A DNA stretch of 64,000 bases from a virus (Duplodnaviria; Caudoviricetes), in the IMG/VR virus record IMGVR_UViG_2615840717_000004, positions 39,604 to 103,603 of that record; one strand, given 5' to 3'. Positions 55,704-64,000 of this stretch are shown piece after piece. The position numbers and the translations under genes were made by a program. The notes under the pieces are model-generated. The model was given only the letters and a program-made list of their open reading frames with translations, was not told the origin of the DNA and searched no databases. The first letter of the stretch is position 1. Every line of letters starts with the position of its first letter.

Positions 55704-56297
55704 CTAATGCACCAACATCTTTGCAATCAGCTCCTCAACAAGGTAACTCCCCGCGATACTGAACAGCAAGTAGATAACAGTCAGAAGCAAGCCCTTACCG
55801 TGCGTCTTACTCGCTCTAAATAAGACGTAAAGCGGCACCAGGAAAAACAACCAAACTATCAAGCTTCCAGTAACGTCCTTGCGTCCGCTTTTATCCAGCG
55901 CTCGTATATCGAGCAAGACTAGTGTCACGGAAGTGGTAAGGTACAGCAAAATAACACCCATACCACCAGTGAGCCACTCAGGAAAAAGATACCATAAACC
56001 AGCCTCTACCAGCGCAAGAGGAACAGGCGAACAGATCAAAATATAGAACCAAAAATTATCTGGCATCTTTTTAGGTGCGGCAGGCACACAAACCTCAGGC
56101 ACCTTAGCAATAATGACCGCTCCGAGCTCCTTCCAGTCGTCATCAAATTTTGCCGTCCAAACCAATGTTTTCTCATGCAGGGTGCGTGAGCTAAACCTCC
56201 TCTCCAGTTCAGCAAATGAAACTGGGCCAACTCTCTTGTCGCCATCAACATAAAACCAATCCGCGTATAGCGGACTACCTTCTGCAATATTACTCAT
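55704..56297 (-). CDS. GYF_2 (DUF4339) domain membrane protein
   Basis: WFY..G..RVGPVS..EL...TLVW...W plus TM segments. Confidence 0.8.
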   Translation of the reverse strand: MSNIAEGSPLYADWFYVDGDKRVGPVSFAELERRFSSRTLHEKTLVWTAKFDDDWKELGAVIIAKVPEVCVPAAPKKMPDNFWFYILICSPVPLALVEAGLWYLFPEWLTGGMGVILLYLTTSVTLVLLDIRALDKSGRKDVTGSLIVWLFFLVPLYVLFRASKTHGKGLLLTVIYLLFSIAGSYLVEELIAKMLVH

Positions 56298-56361
56298 TAA
56301 AATCTCCGTAAAGTCCGGCGGATCTTAGAGAGATTCGCGAAATATATCTGCCAGAATTTAG

Positions 56362-56877
56362 CTAATACACGCCTCTCTCTTTGAGTAAATCTTGGCACAT
56401 CCTTACCCATTCGCTGTAAAGTTTAAGGCGGACCTTAACACTTGCTTCAGCCTCTTCAAGCTTCTCAAAAAACTCTGCTATGGAAGGCGTAAATTTGCAC
56501 TCAAGGTGAACCTTAGTAACTGCCGCACGTAGCGCACCAACAGTCAAATCGTTTCGTGCAGCAATGTAGACCATCAGATGCTCCTTCATAGCCTCCATAC
56601 CTACCTGCCGGTCAGAGGAGTAGCCTGCAAACAAATCAACGGTCAGCCTTATTATGTCTTCTCTTCTAGGCTTACAGCTGCCCTGTTCAAGCACGACCTT
56701 ACTGTGTCCAAGCCTACCCAGCATCCCGACAACAGCCTCACTTTCCATCAACTCAATCGAGCGCATGCTTTTCGAGAAAAGCGTACAATCGTTAAATGCT
56801 TCGTTGAATTGAAGACTGCTGTAACTTGAAGTAGTTACAGATTGAGAATTATCAAAACCTAACTGATTTTCACTCAT
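56362..56877 (-). CDS. Replication protein P-like / helicase loader
   Basis: KFTPSIAEF motif; overlaps initiator gene. Confidence 0.5.
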   Translation of the reverse strand: MSENQLGFDNSQSVTTSSYSSLQFNEAFNDCTLFSKSMRSIELMESEAVVGMLGRLGHSKVVLEQGSCKPRREDIIRLTVDLFAGYSSDRQVGMEAMKEHLMVYIAARNDLTVGALRAAVTKVHLECKFTPSIAEFFEKLEEAEASVKVRLKLYSEWVRMCQDLLKERGVY

Positions 56878-57682
56878 CTAAAAATCCTTTACTTAGCATG
56901 TTGGAAACCGCAGTTCGCGTTGTGTCTGGCTGGGTTTCATTCGATTGAATAATCCGCTCTACAGCCCGCATCGCCCATGTGCGCCATGCTGCATCCCAGT
57001 CCCGCTTCACAGCTGTCTTGCTGCTAGACTGGATCCAATAATTAAGAAACAGCTGAGCTTGCCATTCGATTTGATCTGGAGACAGACCTTTTCCGAGTGC
57101 GAACTCCCACCCCTTCTCCGAAAGAGCCCAGTCCTCAGCAATCCGGCTCGCACTTTGTGACTTCCTCTTCTTTGAGGTTACATCAGCTGGGAAAAGTTCA
57201 GCGCTTTGAATGTTTTCCAAAAAAGTGTCTACGCCAGTAGACGCTGGTTTTTTGTTCCCTTGTTTATTTGTTATATTGTTCTTCTTTGTTGCGGATTCCG
57301 TTGGGTTGCTGTCGCGTTCTTGTCGCACTTCGTGTCGCGACGCTGTCGCACTCTCCGACTCCACAAGCTGATATTTTGAATAATTACAAATGGTTATGAC
57401 ACTTCCACCTGTAGCGGACTCGATGGTGATAAGGTTCCATTTCTGCCACTTATCAAGTAGGCGCTTTGTCTTATCCTTAGTGACCCCCCATTTTTCCGCC
57501 AGAAATCTCAATGAAAAACACAACTGCCCCTCTTCCAGATCTATTTTACACCCCGCACGATCAACTGCCTTCCTCCGCCATGCAGCATTCGCGATTAACC
57601 ATCCCCAACACCCCCATTCCAACGGCCCCTTTAACGCCTCATGTTCGTACAAAGCACGCTCCATCCTGATCCAGCCTGACAT
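56870..57682 (-). CDS. Replication initiator (O-like / replisome organiser)
   Basis: MSGWIR..R, GQL..SLRFLAEKWG, ITICNYSKYQ, K.DW.AAWRTW; internal iterons. Confidence 0.8.
   Translation of the reverse strand: MSGWIRMERALYEHEALKGPLEWGCWGWLIANAAWRRKAVDRAGCKIDLEEGQLCFSLRFLAEKWGVTKDKTKRLLDKWQKWNLITIESATGGSVITICNYSKYQLVESESATASRHEVRQERDSNPTESATKKNNITNKQGNKKPASTGVDTFLENIQSAELFPADVTSKKRKSQSASRIAEDWALSEKGWEFALGKGLSPDQIEWQAQLFLNYWIQSSSKTAVKRDWDAAWRTWAMRAVERIIQSNETQPDTTRTAVSNMLSKGFLDE
57260..57349. repeat. Candidate replication origin
   Basis: TGTCGC at 57310, 57321, 57333 and 57344 beside an AT-rich tract, inside the initiator gene. Confidence 0.6.
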
Positions 57683-57732
57683 TTAGCTCTCCGCAACAGC
57701 CTTCCAGCTCCAATAACAAAACCCTCAACATC

Positions 57733-57774
57733 AATACATTTTGTATTTGACATTGTAAATCCGTTTTGTATTAT
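57733..57774 (+). promoter_or_regulatory. OL operators and PL
   Basis: AATACATTTTGTATT; AATCCGTTTTGTATT (exact reverse complement of an OR site); TTGACA-N16-TATTAT. Confidence 0.85.
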
Positions 57775-57819
57775 TCACAGCATCAAACGGGTTGAACCAC
57801 TCACAAAACGAGTTTCCTG

Positions 57820-58119
57820 ATGAACTTCGAGACAGACATTCAAACGACCTTGGATCTGATCTCCAACGGCTTCCTTTACGCAGAGCAAGTGATCGAAGCG
57901 AAGATCAATTGCGCGCTTGATGATGATTGCGATGGCTTCGTCATTCAGGAGATCAGAGTTGAGGAAGCTGGCTCTGACCGTGAGAAGCGCCTTGATGCCA
58001 AGAGCGAAGGCGAAGAGCGCATTTTGTGGCTCATGCTTTCCGCAGTTGTTTACAGCTGTGAGCACATCTCCGAACAGTTTTGGGACGCCTACAACAGTGA
58101 AATGAGGATGGCAGCATGA
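57820..58119 (+). CDS. Hypothetical acidic phage protein
   Basis: First gene after PL; coupled to next. Confidence 0.6.
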   Translation: MNFETDIQTTLDLISNGFLYAEQVIEAKINCALDDDCDGFVIQEIRVEEAGSDREKRLDAKSEGEERILWLMLSAVVYSCEHISEQFWDAYNSEMRMAA

Positions 58120-58565
58120 AACACTATGTGTTCCCCTTTGAGCTTGTAGCCATGTCGGCCTGCTCTACCAACCGCGCTAAGTTCGGCGAGCTTCTAATCC
58201 TCGCCGAGTTCGACAAGATCTATGAAGACCAAGAGCTTGAAGCTCGTATCTTTCTACCTTGCTATGAGATCTCGGACCTCGATTACTCTTTGTTCCCCGC
58301 CAGCCATCGCCGGATTGACCGCAAGGGGCGCCGTTACATCGAATTAGATCTGAAGGACTCCGGCCTTCCTGAGATGGGTTCCGCAATTCTGGAATCGCTA
58401 CAGGAGCACATTGAAGAGCTGCGCGATTGGGCAACGCGAGACGGCTCCTTGCTAGTGCATGACCCTGAGTTAGACGATTACCGGCCTCTTAGGGAGCTGG
58501 ACAAGGCAATATCGGTCGTTGATCTGCGCGCCTATCTGGAAAGTAATCTAGCGGCAGCGGCATAA
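58116..58565 (+). CDS. Hypothetical phage protein
   Basis: ATGA coupling. Confidence 0.6.
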   Translation: MKHYVFPFELVAMSACSTNRAKFGELLILAEFDKIYEDQELEARIFLPCYEISDLDYSLFPASHRRIDRKGRRYIELDLKDSGLPEMGSAILESLQEHIEELRDWATRDGSLLVHDPELDDYRPLRELDKAISVVDLRAYLESNLAAAA

Positions 58566-58685
58566 CACGCACCCCTGATTTGAGCCCTTAAAGGGCGAAC
58601 TCACAGACAACCAAACACCACCCAACTGCGGAGCCTATCGTTCCGCAGAACGCCACCACTTTGTTTTGCGCGAGGAGGAAATGCT

Positions 58686-58874
58686 TTGGAAGAGATGACC
58701 CATGGGGACTGCCTGCGGTGGGCTCAAAAATACCGCGACATGTGCCTCACCCATCAGGAAATTCATGAGCGAACCGGGAGTGCCGGCTCTTTGAGTTTCG
58801 CTCGGCAGTATGAGCGCCTCGCCAAGCATTGGCAGGCAAAAGCTGACAGCTTTGAACCGAAGGAAGCAGCCTAA
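58686..58874 (+). CDS. Small hypothetical phage protein
   Basis: GAGGAGG RBS. Confidence 0.5.
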   Translation: MEEMTHGDCLRWAQKYRDMCLTHQEIHERTGSAGSLSFARQYERLAKHWQAKADSFEPKEAA

Positions 58875-58875
58875 C

Positions 58876-59871
58876 ATGAATGCAGTGACCGACAACGAGG
58901 AACGCAAGAAACTTGATCTTGCTGACCTTCGCGCCAACCCGGAGAAATACTTCGGTGAGGAAGGCATCAGCTTTGAAGATCTAGAGGCTGTCATCGCAGC
59001 TGAGAACGCAGCATTCAAGGCTGATCTGAGCACTGAGAAAGGCCGCAAAGCGATTATCTCCTTCTCTCGCCAGTGCTCAACTTTGAAAACTGCCATTGAT
59101 GGCGCGGGCAAGGAGAAGGTGGCTTCCATTAAAGCGCAGGCCACCGCCATTGATGCACGACGTAAAACCATGCGCGATTTTCTTGATGCAATGCGTGATG
59201 AGCGACGGTTGCCACTTGATAATTGGGAGGCACAGGAAAAGAGCCGCATTGAATCCCATCGGACAATCATTGAGGGAATGATCCAGAACGGTTGTGTCGC
59301 TTTCAATGAGAGTTCTGCTGACATTCAAAAGCGGATCGATGCAGTGCGTTCTGTTGATGTGACAGAAGGTGCAATGCAGGAGTTCGCCGACCAAGCTAGC
59401 TCAAAGAAAATCACCACTCTCGAAAGCCTCGATAGGCATCTGAAGCAGGCCCTTCACACCGAAGAGCAACAGCGCAAGCTGGCTGTGCTTGAAGCCGAGA
59501 AAAAAGCTGAAGCAGCCAAGGCCGAAGCCGACCGCAAGGAACGCGAAGCGGAAGAAGAGGCAAAGCTTGAAGCTGAGCGGGAGAAGACCCGTGAGGCCGA
59601 AGAACGGGCTGAGAAAGAACGGATCGAAGCCGACAAGGCCAGAGCAGCTGCGAAGGCTGTCGCCGAAGCTGAAGCAAAGCGCAAGGCCGAAGACGACGCA
59701 AAGCGGAAGGCTGATGCAGATCGCGCAGCAAACATCGAACACCGCAAGAAGTTCAACAATGCAGCGCTGAAAGCAATCATGGAGGCCGCTGGCATTGGCG
59801 AGGATCGCGCTAAGAAGATTGTGCAGGCCATCGCCTCCGGCGCCATCCCCCACGTTTCAATCAAATACTGA
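58876..59871 (+). CDS. Coiled-coil phage protein of recombination module
   Basis: DLSTEKGRKAI, E/K/A-rich coil, IPHVSIKY end. Confidence 0.7.
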   Translation: MNAVTDNEERKKLDLADLRANPEKYFGEEGISFEDLEAVIAAENAAFKADLSTEKGRKAIISFSRQCSTLKTAIDGAGKEKVASIKAQATAIDARRKTMRDFLDAMRDERRLPLDNWEAQEKSRIESHRTIIEGMIQNGCVAFNESSADIQKRIDAVRSVDVTEGAMQEFADQASSKKITTLESLDRHLKQALHTEEQQRKLAVLEAEKKAEAAKAEADRKEREAEEEAKLEAEREKTREAEERAEKERIEADKARAAAKAVAEAEAKRKAEDDAKRKADADRAANIEHRKKFNNAALKAIMEAAGIGEDRAKKIVQAIASGAIPHVSIKY

Positions 59872-60002
59872 GTTTCACATGCAGGGTTTTGGGTTTTGGG
59901 CAGCTCTTCCTGCTGCCTTCAAGTGGGGAGCAATAGCCTTTGTTGCTTCTCAGTTTTTCACTCACGCTGACCGCTGGGTCGCTACAATCGCGGGATAACA
60001 TC

Positions 60003-60980
60003 ATGGCTGAGAAAATTTGGGATACCTACACAATCACAGAGCCGGGCATTTATGCCGAGCTTCCGATTGAGAAGTACCATTCCCACGTTTGCGTTGGTCC
60101 GTCCATTTCCTCCAGTGGACTGCGCGCAATCGCTAACGGCTCTCCGGCAGAGTACTGGGCAACTTCCTATCTGAACCCTGAAGCGGAGCCTCGTGAAGAC
60201 AAGGACCACTTCCGGCTCGGGCAAGCTGCGCACACGCTTTTTCTGGGTGAAGGCAAGTTCGACGAACAGTTCTCTGTAAAGCCTGCCACCTACGTTGATC
60301 CAAAGACAGGTGCGGAGAAGAAATGGAACGGCAACGCCAACGTTTGCAAGGAATGGATTGCAGAGCAAGAGCAATCAGGTAAGCGACTTCTTTCAACTGA
60401 GCAGATGCATGATCTCAAGGGAATGGCAGGCATGCTCCCCTGGCAAGCTAATTGCCCGAACTCTGGCTTACGAAATTCAGGGATGGTGCAGTCTGGAATC
60501 CTTGACGGTGCGATTGAGCGCTCTTTGATCTGGAAAGACCCTGAAACCCACATTTGGTTGAAAGCGCGCCCTGACCTTGTGGACCTCAATGACGCTTATC
60601 CGGTTGACCTGAAAACAACGCGGGAAGCCCGGAAAGTAGAGAACTCAATTGCAGACCTTGGCTACAACATGCAAGCCGCCTTGGTTGCTGAGGGGCTTCG
60701 CGAGGTTTGCGATCTTGATTGTCGTGGGTTTGCGTTCGTTTTTGTACAGACCAGCGCCCCTTACACGGTCGAAGTCGTCGAGTTGAGCGAAGAAGATCTT
60801 GAACTGGCTCGCCGTGAACTACGTCGCTCTATTCGACTGTTTGCTGACTGCCTGAATAAGAACGAGTGGCCAGCCGGAACAGGCGAGCCTCGTACTTGGA
60901 TTACTCCTCAATGGTATTCCTCCAAGCTTGAGAACCTTGAAGCTGCCAATGACCTGCCAATTCTGGAGAATGTAGCATGA
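60003..60980 (+). CDS. RecE-like PD-(D/E)XK exonuclease (DUF3799)
   Basis: ISSSGL, KARPD, DLKTT, GYNMQAA. Confidence 0.88.
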   Translation: MAEKIWDTYTITEPGIYAELPIEKYHSHVCVGPSISSSGLRAIANGSPAEYWATSYLNPEAEPREDKDHFRLGQAAHTLFLGEGKFDEQFSVKPATYVDPKTGAEKKWNGNANVCKEWIAEQEQSGKRLLSTEQMHDLKGMAGMLPWQANCPNSGLRNSGMVQSGILDGAIERSLIWKDPETHIWLKARPDLVDLNDAYPVDLKTTREARKVENSIADLGYNMQAALVAEGLREVCDLDCRGFAFVFVQTSAPYTVEVVELSEEDLELARRELRRSIRLFADCLNKNEWPAGTGEPRTWITPQWYSSKLENLEAANDLPILENVA

Positions 60981-62083
60981 GCAACAAGGCTCTCACACCT
61001 AACGGTAATGGTCGCAGTATAACTGCGGCCATGGCTGAGCGCTATGGCATGGACGCATCTGCATTTGAGCAGACTTTGCGTAGCACAATCATGAAGCCAG
61101 ACAAAAACAAGGAGCCGCCCTCCAAAGAAGAGTTTGCTGCATTTCTGGTTGTTGCCCATGAGTACAATCTGAACCCTCTCACCAAGGAGATTTACGCGTT
61201 CCCTGCAAAAGGCGGCGGCGTAGCCCCGATTGTCTCCGTTGACGGATGGGCAAACCTCATCAACTCCAACCCTCAGTTCGATGGCATGGAGTTTGAAGAC
61301 GAGCTGGACGAGAAAGGCGCGGTTGTTTCGATTACGTGCCGGATGTTCCGCAAGGATCGAACACGCGCCATCTCTGCTACCGAGTACATGGAGGAGTGCA
61401 AGCGCGCCACTGACCCATGGAGGCAGTGGCCTCGGCGTATGTTGCGCCACAAAGCAATGATCCAAGCAGCACGCTATGCATTCGGCTTCTCTGGAATCTA
61501 TGAAGCAGATGAGGTTGAACGGGCTTTTGACGCGCCTGAACGCCCTTCGAGCGGACTTGCGCAACGATTAGAGGCACGACGCGCTCGCCCTCTAGCAGGC
61601 CCTCAGGAAGGCTATAATGCTGCAGCTGAAACAATCGAAGGTGAGATCCTCGCCGCAACTGATGAAACTCAAGCGGAGTACACGGCTGATGCACATTTCG
61701 AACAGGTTGAACGGGGAGAAGCTGGCTATCAGGCAGAGGAAGAAGCTCAAAAAGCTGCTCAGCAAGACGGACAATGTAATCCTGAAACTATCAAAGGCGG
61801 TGGACAAAGAGCGCAAGGGATTAGCGACAATCCACTCTCTCAAGGCGCAACTGCGATCTGGTCACGACTAGATCCTGAAGCTCGTAAGTCTCTGGATGAA
61901 GATTCCAAAGCCATACTCAAGCTTTTGATGGAAGACCTTGCCAAGGTTGGTAACCCCAAAGCAGCGAAGAACGCCCTCACAGGCCACCAGAAGAGCATTC
62001 GTGCAATTGGTGAGCAATCCTTCAGTGAGCTGTGTCAGGCAGCTGTGACCGTGCGCTGCGCCCAGCTTGATGGAGGTAAGTGA
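60977..62083 (+). CDS. RecT/Bet ssDNA-annealing protein
   Basis: LNPLTKEIYAFP, VSVDGW, PRRMLRHKAMIQAARYAFG. Confidence 0.9.
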   Translation: MSNKALTPNGNGRSITAAMAERYGMDASAFEQTLRSTIMKPDKNKEPPSKEEFAAFLVVAHEYNLNPLTKEIYAFPAKGGGVAPIVSVDGWANLINSNPQFDGMEFEDELDEKGAVVSITCRMFRKDRTRAISATEYMEECKRATDPWRQWPRRMLRHKAMIQAARYAFGFSGIYEADEVERAFDAPERPSSGLAQRLEARRARPLAGPQEGYNAAAETIEGEILAATDETQAEYTADAHFEQVERGEAGYQAEEEAQKAAQQDGQCNPETIKGGGQRAQGISDNPLSQGATAIWSRLDPEARKSLDEDSKAILKLLMEDLAKVGNPKAAKNALTGHQKSIRAIGEQSFSELCQAAVTVRCAQLDGGK

Positions 62084-62478
62084 TGGGCTTTCGCTTACGC
62101 CGACCCGATACAGCATTCTCCTACGACCCTTCAGGGAAGGAACATGCGCGCAGAAAAGATGAAGGTCACCTGGCCTTTGTCCGCAAGCTCCCTTGCCTCA
62201 TCACTGGCCGGTATGGCGTTGACCCCTGTCACGTCCGCTATGGCGATCCGCTCTACAAGAAGTCGCGAACCGGCAAAGGCACCAAGCCTGATGATTGCTG
62301 GGTCGTTCCTATGATCAGGAAAAAGCACGACGAGCAGCACGACCAGAATGAGCGTGAGTTCTGGCGGGCTCAAGGCATCGACCCGCTCGCTGTCGCTAGA
62401 GATCTCTACGCGGTCTCTGGTGATGAAGAAGCAGCAAAACGCATCCTAACAGCAGCAAGAGTGAGAAAAGCAGCATGA
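62080..62478 (+). CDS. DUF968-like HNH-fold protein
   Basis: HLAFVRKLPC, H, KPDD.W.VP...H.EQH. Confidence 0.7.
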   Translation: MMGFRLRRPDTAFSYDPSGKEHARRKDEGHLAFVRKLPCLITGRYGVDPCHVRYGDPLYKKSRTGKGTKPDDCWVVPMIRKKHDEQHDQNEREFWRAQGIDPLAVARDLYAVSGDEEAAKRILTAARVRKAA

Positions 62479-62786
62479 AACACACTGAAGATAAACTGAA
62501 AGCCCTTTGGGATGATGCCTGCAAAGCTAACCAAGAGCTAACAGCCTTCTGCATACTCCATAAGATTGACGGAGATGCCTTCGGAAAGCCTGAGGGCATG
62601 GCCCGTGCGGTCGCAGCAACCAACTTCGACAGAGCGATGTTTGACGAGCTTGCAGGCCTCTACAACGCTGCGGCTTGGTCTGCTCGTAAGTACTGCTATG
62701 CGGTGGGCGAAAACAAAAAGCAGGATCGCGCTTGGGCTAAGAAGCAGCTCAACAAGAACCCTGCTGATTTGGTGGAGGCAGCATAG
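62475..62786 (+). CDS. Hypothetical phage protein
   Basis: ATGA coupling. Confidence 0.55.
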   Translation: MKHTEDKLKALWDDACKANQELTAFCILHKIDGDAFGKPEGMARAVAATNFDRAMFDELAGLYNAAAWSARKYCYAVGENKKQDRAWAKKQLNKNPADLVEAA

Positions 62787-62801
62787 CGGAGGAGTGATGC
62801 T

Positions 62802-62981
62802 TTGAGGACTAAATCACCATTCAAGCAGACTGATATCGCGAGAGCTATAAAAGGGGCTGAAAAAGGTGGCCTTTCCGTCCGCAGCGTCGAAATCAAAGCA
62901 GATGGAACAATACGCCTAAGTTCCGAAGTGGCCACGAGCGACAACGACAATAAGGAACCACCCAAGGTTAGCTCAATATGA
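62802..62981 (+). CDS. Small integrase-associated protein (possible excisionase), 59 aa
   Basis: FKQTDIARAIK...VEIKADGTI; GGAGGAG RBS; ATGA overlap with int. Confidence 0.6.
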   Translation: MRTKSPFKQTDIARAIKGAEKGGLSVRSVEIKADGTIRLSSEVATSDNDNKEPPKVSSI

Positions 62982-64000
62982 GACAGAGGAGAAAACGCCT
63001 CCCGTATATCCTGCGGGAGGTTGGGCGTGGGAAGGTCTTTTGGTACTTCAGGCGCGGGAAAGGCCCCAGAAGTCGCCTACCCGGCGAATATGGCTCTGAG
63101 GAGTTCATGGAAGCCTATACCGCGGCCCTCAATGGCGCTGATGCACCTCCAAAGAAGAAACGCGAAGAGAACACCCTTGGCTGGCTGATCGACCAGTATC
63201 TCTCCAGCCCTGAGTTCTCCTCATTGAAGGAGAGCACTCAAGCGGTAAAGACAAGCTTCCTAACCAACATCGCAAAAGAAAGCGGCCACCATCCACTGGA
63301 GGCGATTGATGCATCAACGATCCAAGGTGGGAGAGATAAACGCGCAAGCACCCCAGGTGCCGCCAACAACTTTCTGAAGCACATGTCGGCGATGTACAAA
63401 TGGGCTATCAGCAACAACAGCATTCACATCACCAAGAACCCTACCCGTGACGTACCGCGCCTCAAGAACAAGTCAGACGGCCATCACACATGGACGCCTG
63501 AGGAAATTGAGCAGTACAGGAACCGTTGGCCACTTGGAACACGCGAACGTCTTGCGCTTGAGGTGCTGGCCTTTACCGGGCTTCGACGCGGGGATGTTTG
63601 CAGAGTTGGCCCTGCCCACGTCAAGGACGGGGTAATAAGCTTCTCAACGGAAAAAGGAGAAGTGGAAATACATCTACCGATCTTACCACCCCTTCAGGAA
63701 GCAATCGATGCAACACCACATGGCGTCAGCTACATCGGCAAAGAAGACAAAACGCCATACACGAAGGAATCGTTCGGGAATTGGTTCAGGGAGTGCTGTG
63801 TCGCAGCTGGTGTGCCCGGTCGTGCTCATGGAATGAGGAAAGCTGCGGCGACACTGGCCGCAGAGAACGGTGCGACCGATTCTCAGCTAAAAGCGATCTT
63901 TGGCTGGACGACAGATGATATGCCGTCTCTGTATACGCGCAAAGCGAACCGCAAGAAAATGGCAGAAGAAGCCATGAAGACGTTGCAACGAAACCCCTAA
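62978..64000 (+). CDS. int: Prophage tyrosine integrase
   Basis: TGLRRGD, K, HGMRK, FGW and Y motifs. Confidence 0.92.
   Translation: MRQRRKRLPYILREVGRGKVFWYFRRGKGPRSRLPGEYGSEEFMEAYTAALNGADAPPKKKREENTLGWLIDQYLSSPEFSSLKESTQAVKTSFLTNIAKESGHHPLEAIDASTIQGGRDKRASTPGAANNFLKHMSAMYKWAISNNSIHITKNPTRDVPRLKNKSDGHHTWTPEEIEQYRNRWPLGTRERLALEVLAFTGLRRGDVCRVGPAHVKDGVISFSTEKGEVEIHLPILPPLQEAIDATPHGVSYIGKEDKTPYTKESFGNWFRECCVAAGVPGRAHGMRKAAATLAAENGATDSQLKAIFGWTTDDMPSLYTRKANRKKMAEEAMKTLQRNP

Larger units (their letters stand above)
9275..64000. mobile_element. Temperate myovirus prophage (lambda-like head, P2-like tail)
   Basis: Full module set from integrase to lysis; the left boundary at att 9254-9274 is inferred. 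Confidence 0.88.

Noticed and set aside
4864-57774. Shared operators (cross-immunity) between the two elements
   Set aside because: Half-sites are similar (TAC...GTA), but spacing differs (N9 versus N5).
58635-59864. Minus-strand ORFs opposite the coiled-coil gene
   Set aside because: By-products of low-complexity E/K/A codons; no RBS or coupling.

Overview
The window holds two tandem alphaproteobacterial phage-type elements, separated by a 21-bp tRNA 3'-end duplication (att) at 9254-9274. GcrA- and GapR-like genes point to an alphaproteobacterial host; a Pseudovibrio/Stappiaceae-like host is only a guess. Left (<1-9274) is a prophage or satellite-like element running off the window edge, with an integrase, a cI/cro switch, a CII-like gene and reversed cargo genes. 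Right (9275->64000) is an apparently near-complete temperate myovirus: integrase, RecE/RecT, immunity region, replication genes, com-MTase, lambda-like head, P2-like contractile tail, lysis genes and many morons. The main observation is that cargo genes inserted backwards into the cro-driven early operons of both elements are completely covered by an uninterrupted, in-register antisense ORF ('shadow ORF'). Each shadow ORF starts on the stop codon of the upstream gene and ends on the start codon of the next (ATGA/GTGA/TGATG overlaps). There are four: 50729-51505, 48817-49692, 2306-3400, and a >=768-codon ORF from 2306 off the left edge that the ORF track misses. The covered genes contain no TTA/CTA/TCA codons, whereas reversed morons in the late region do. 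This suggests a translational-bridge mechanism that lets phages carry antisense cargo inside polar operons; the function is inference.
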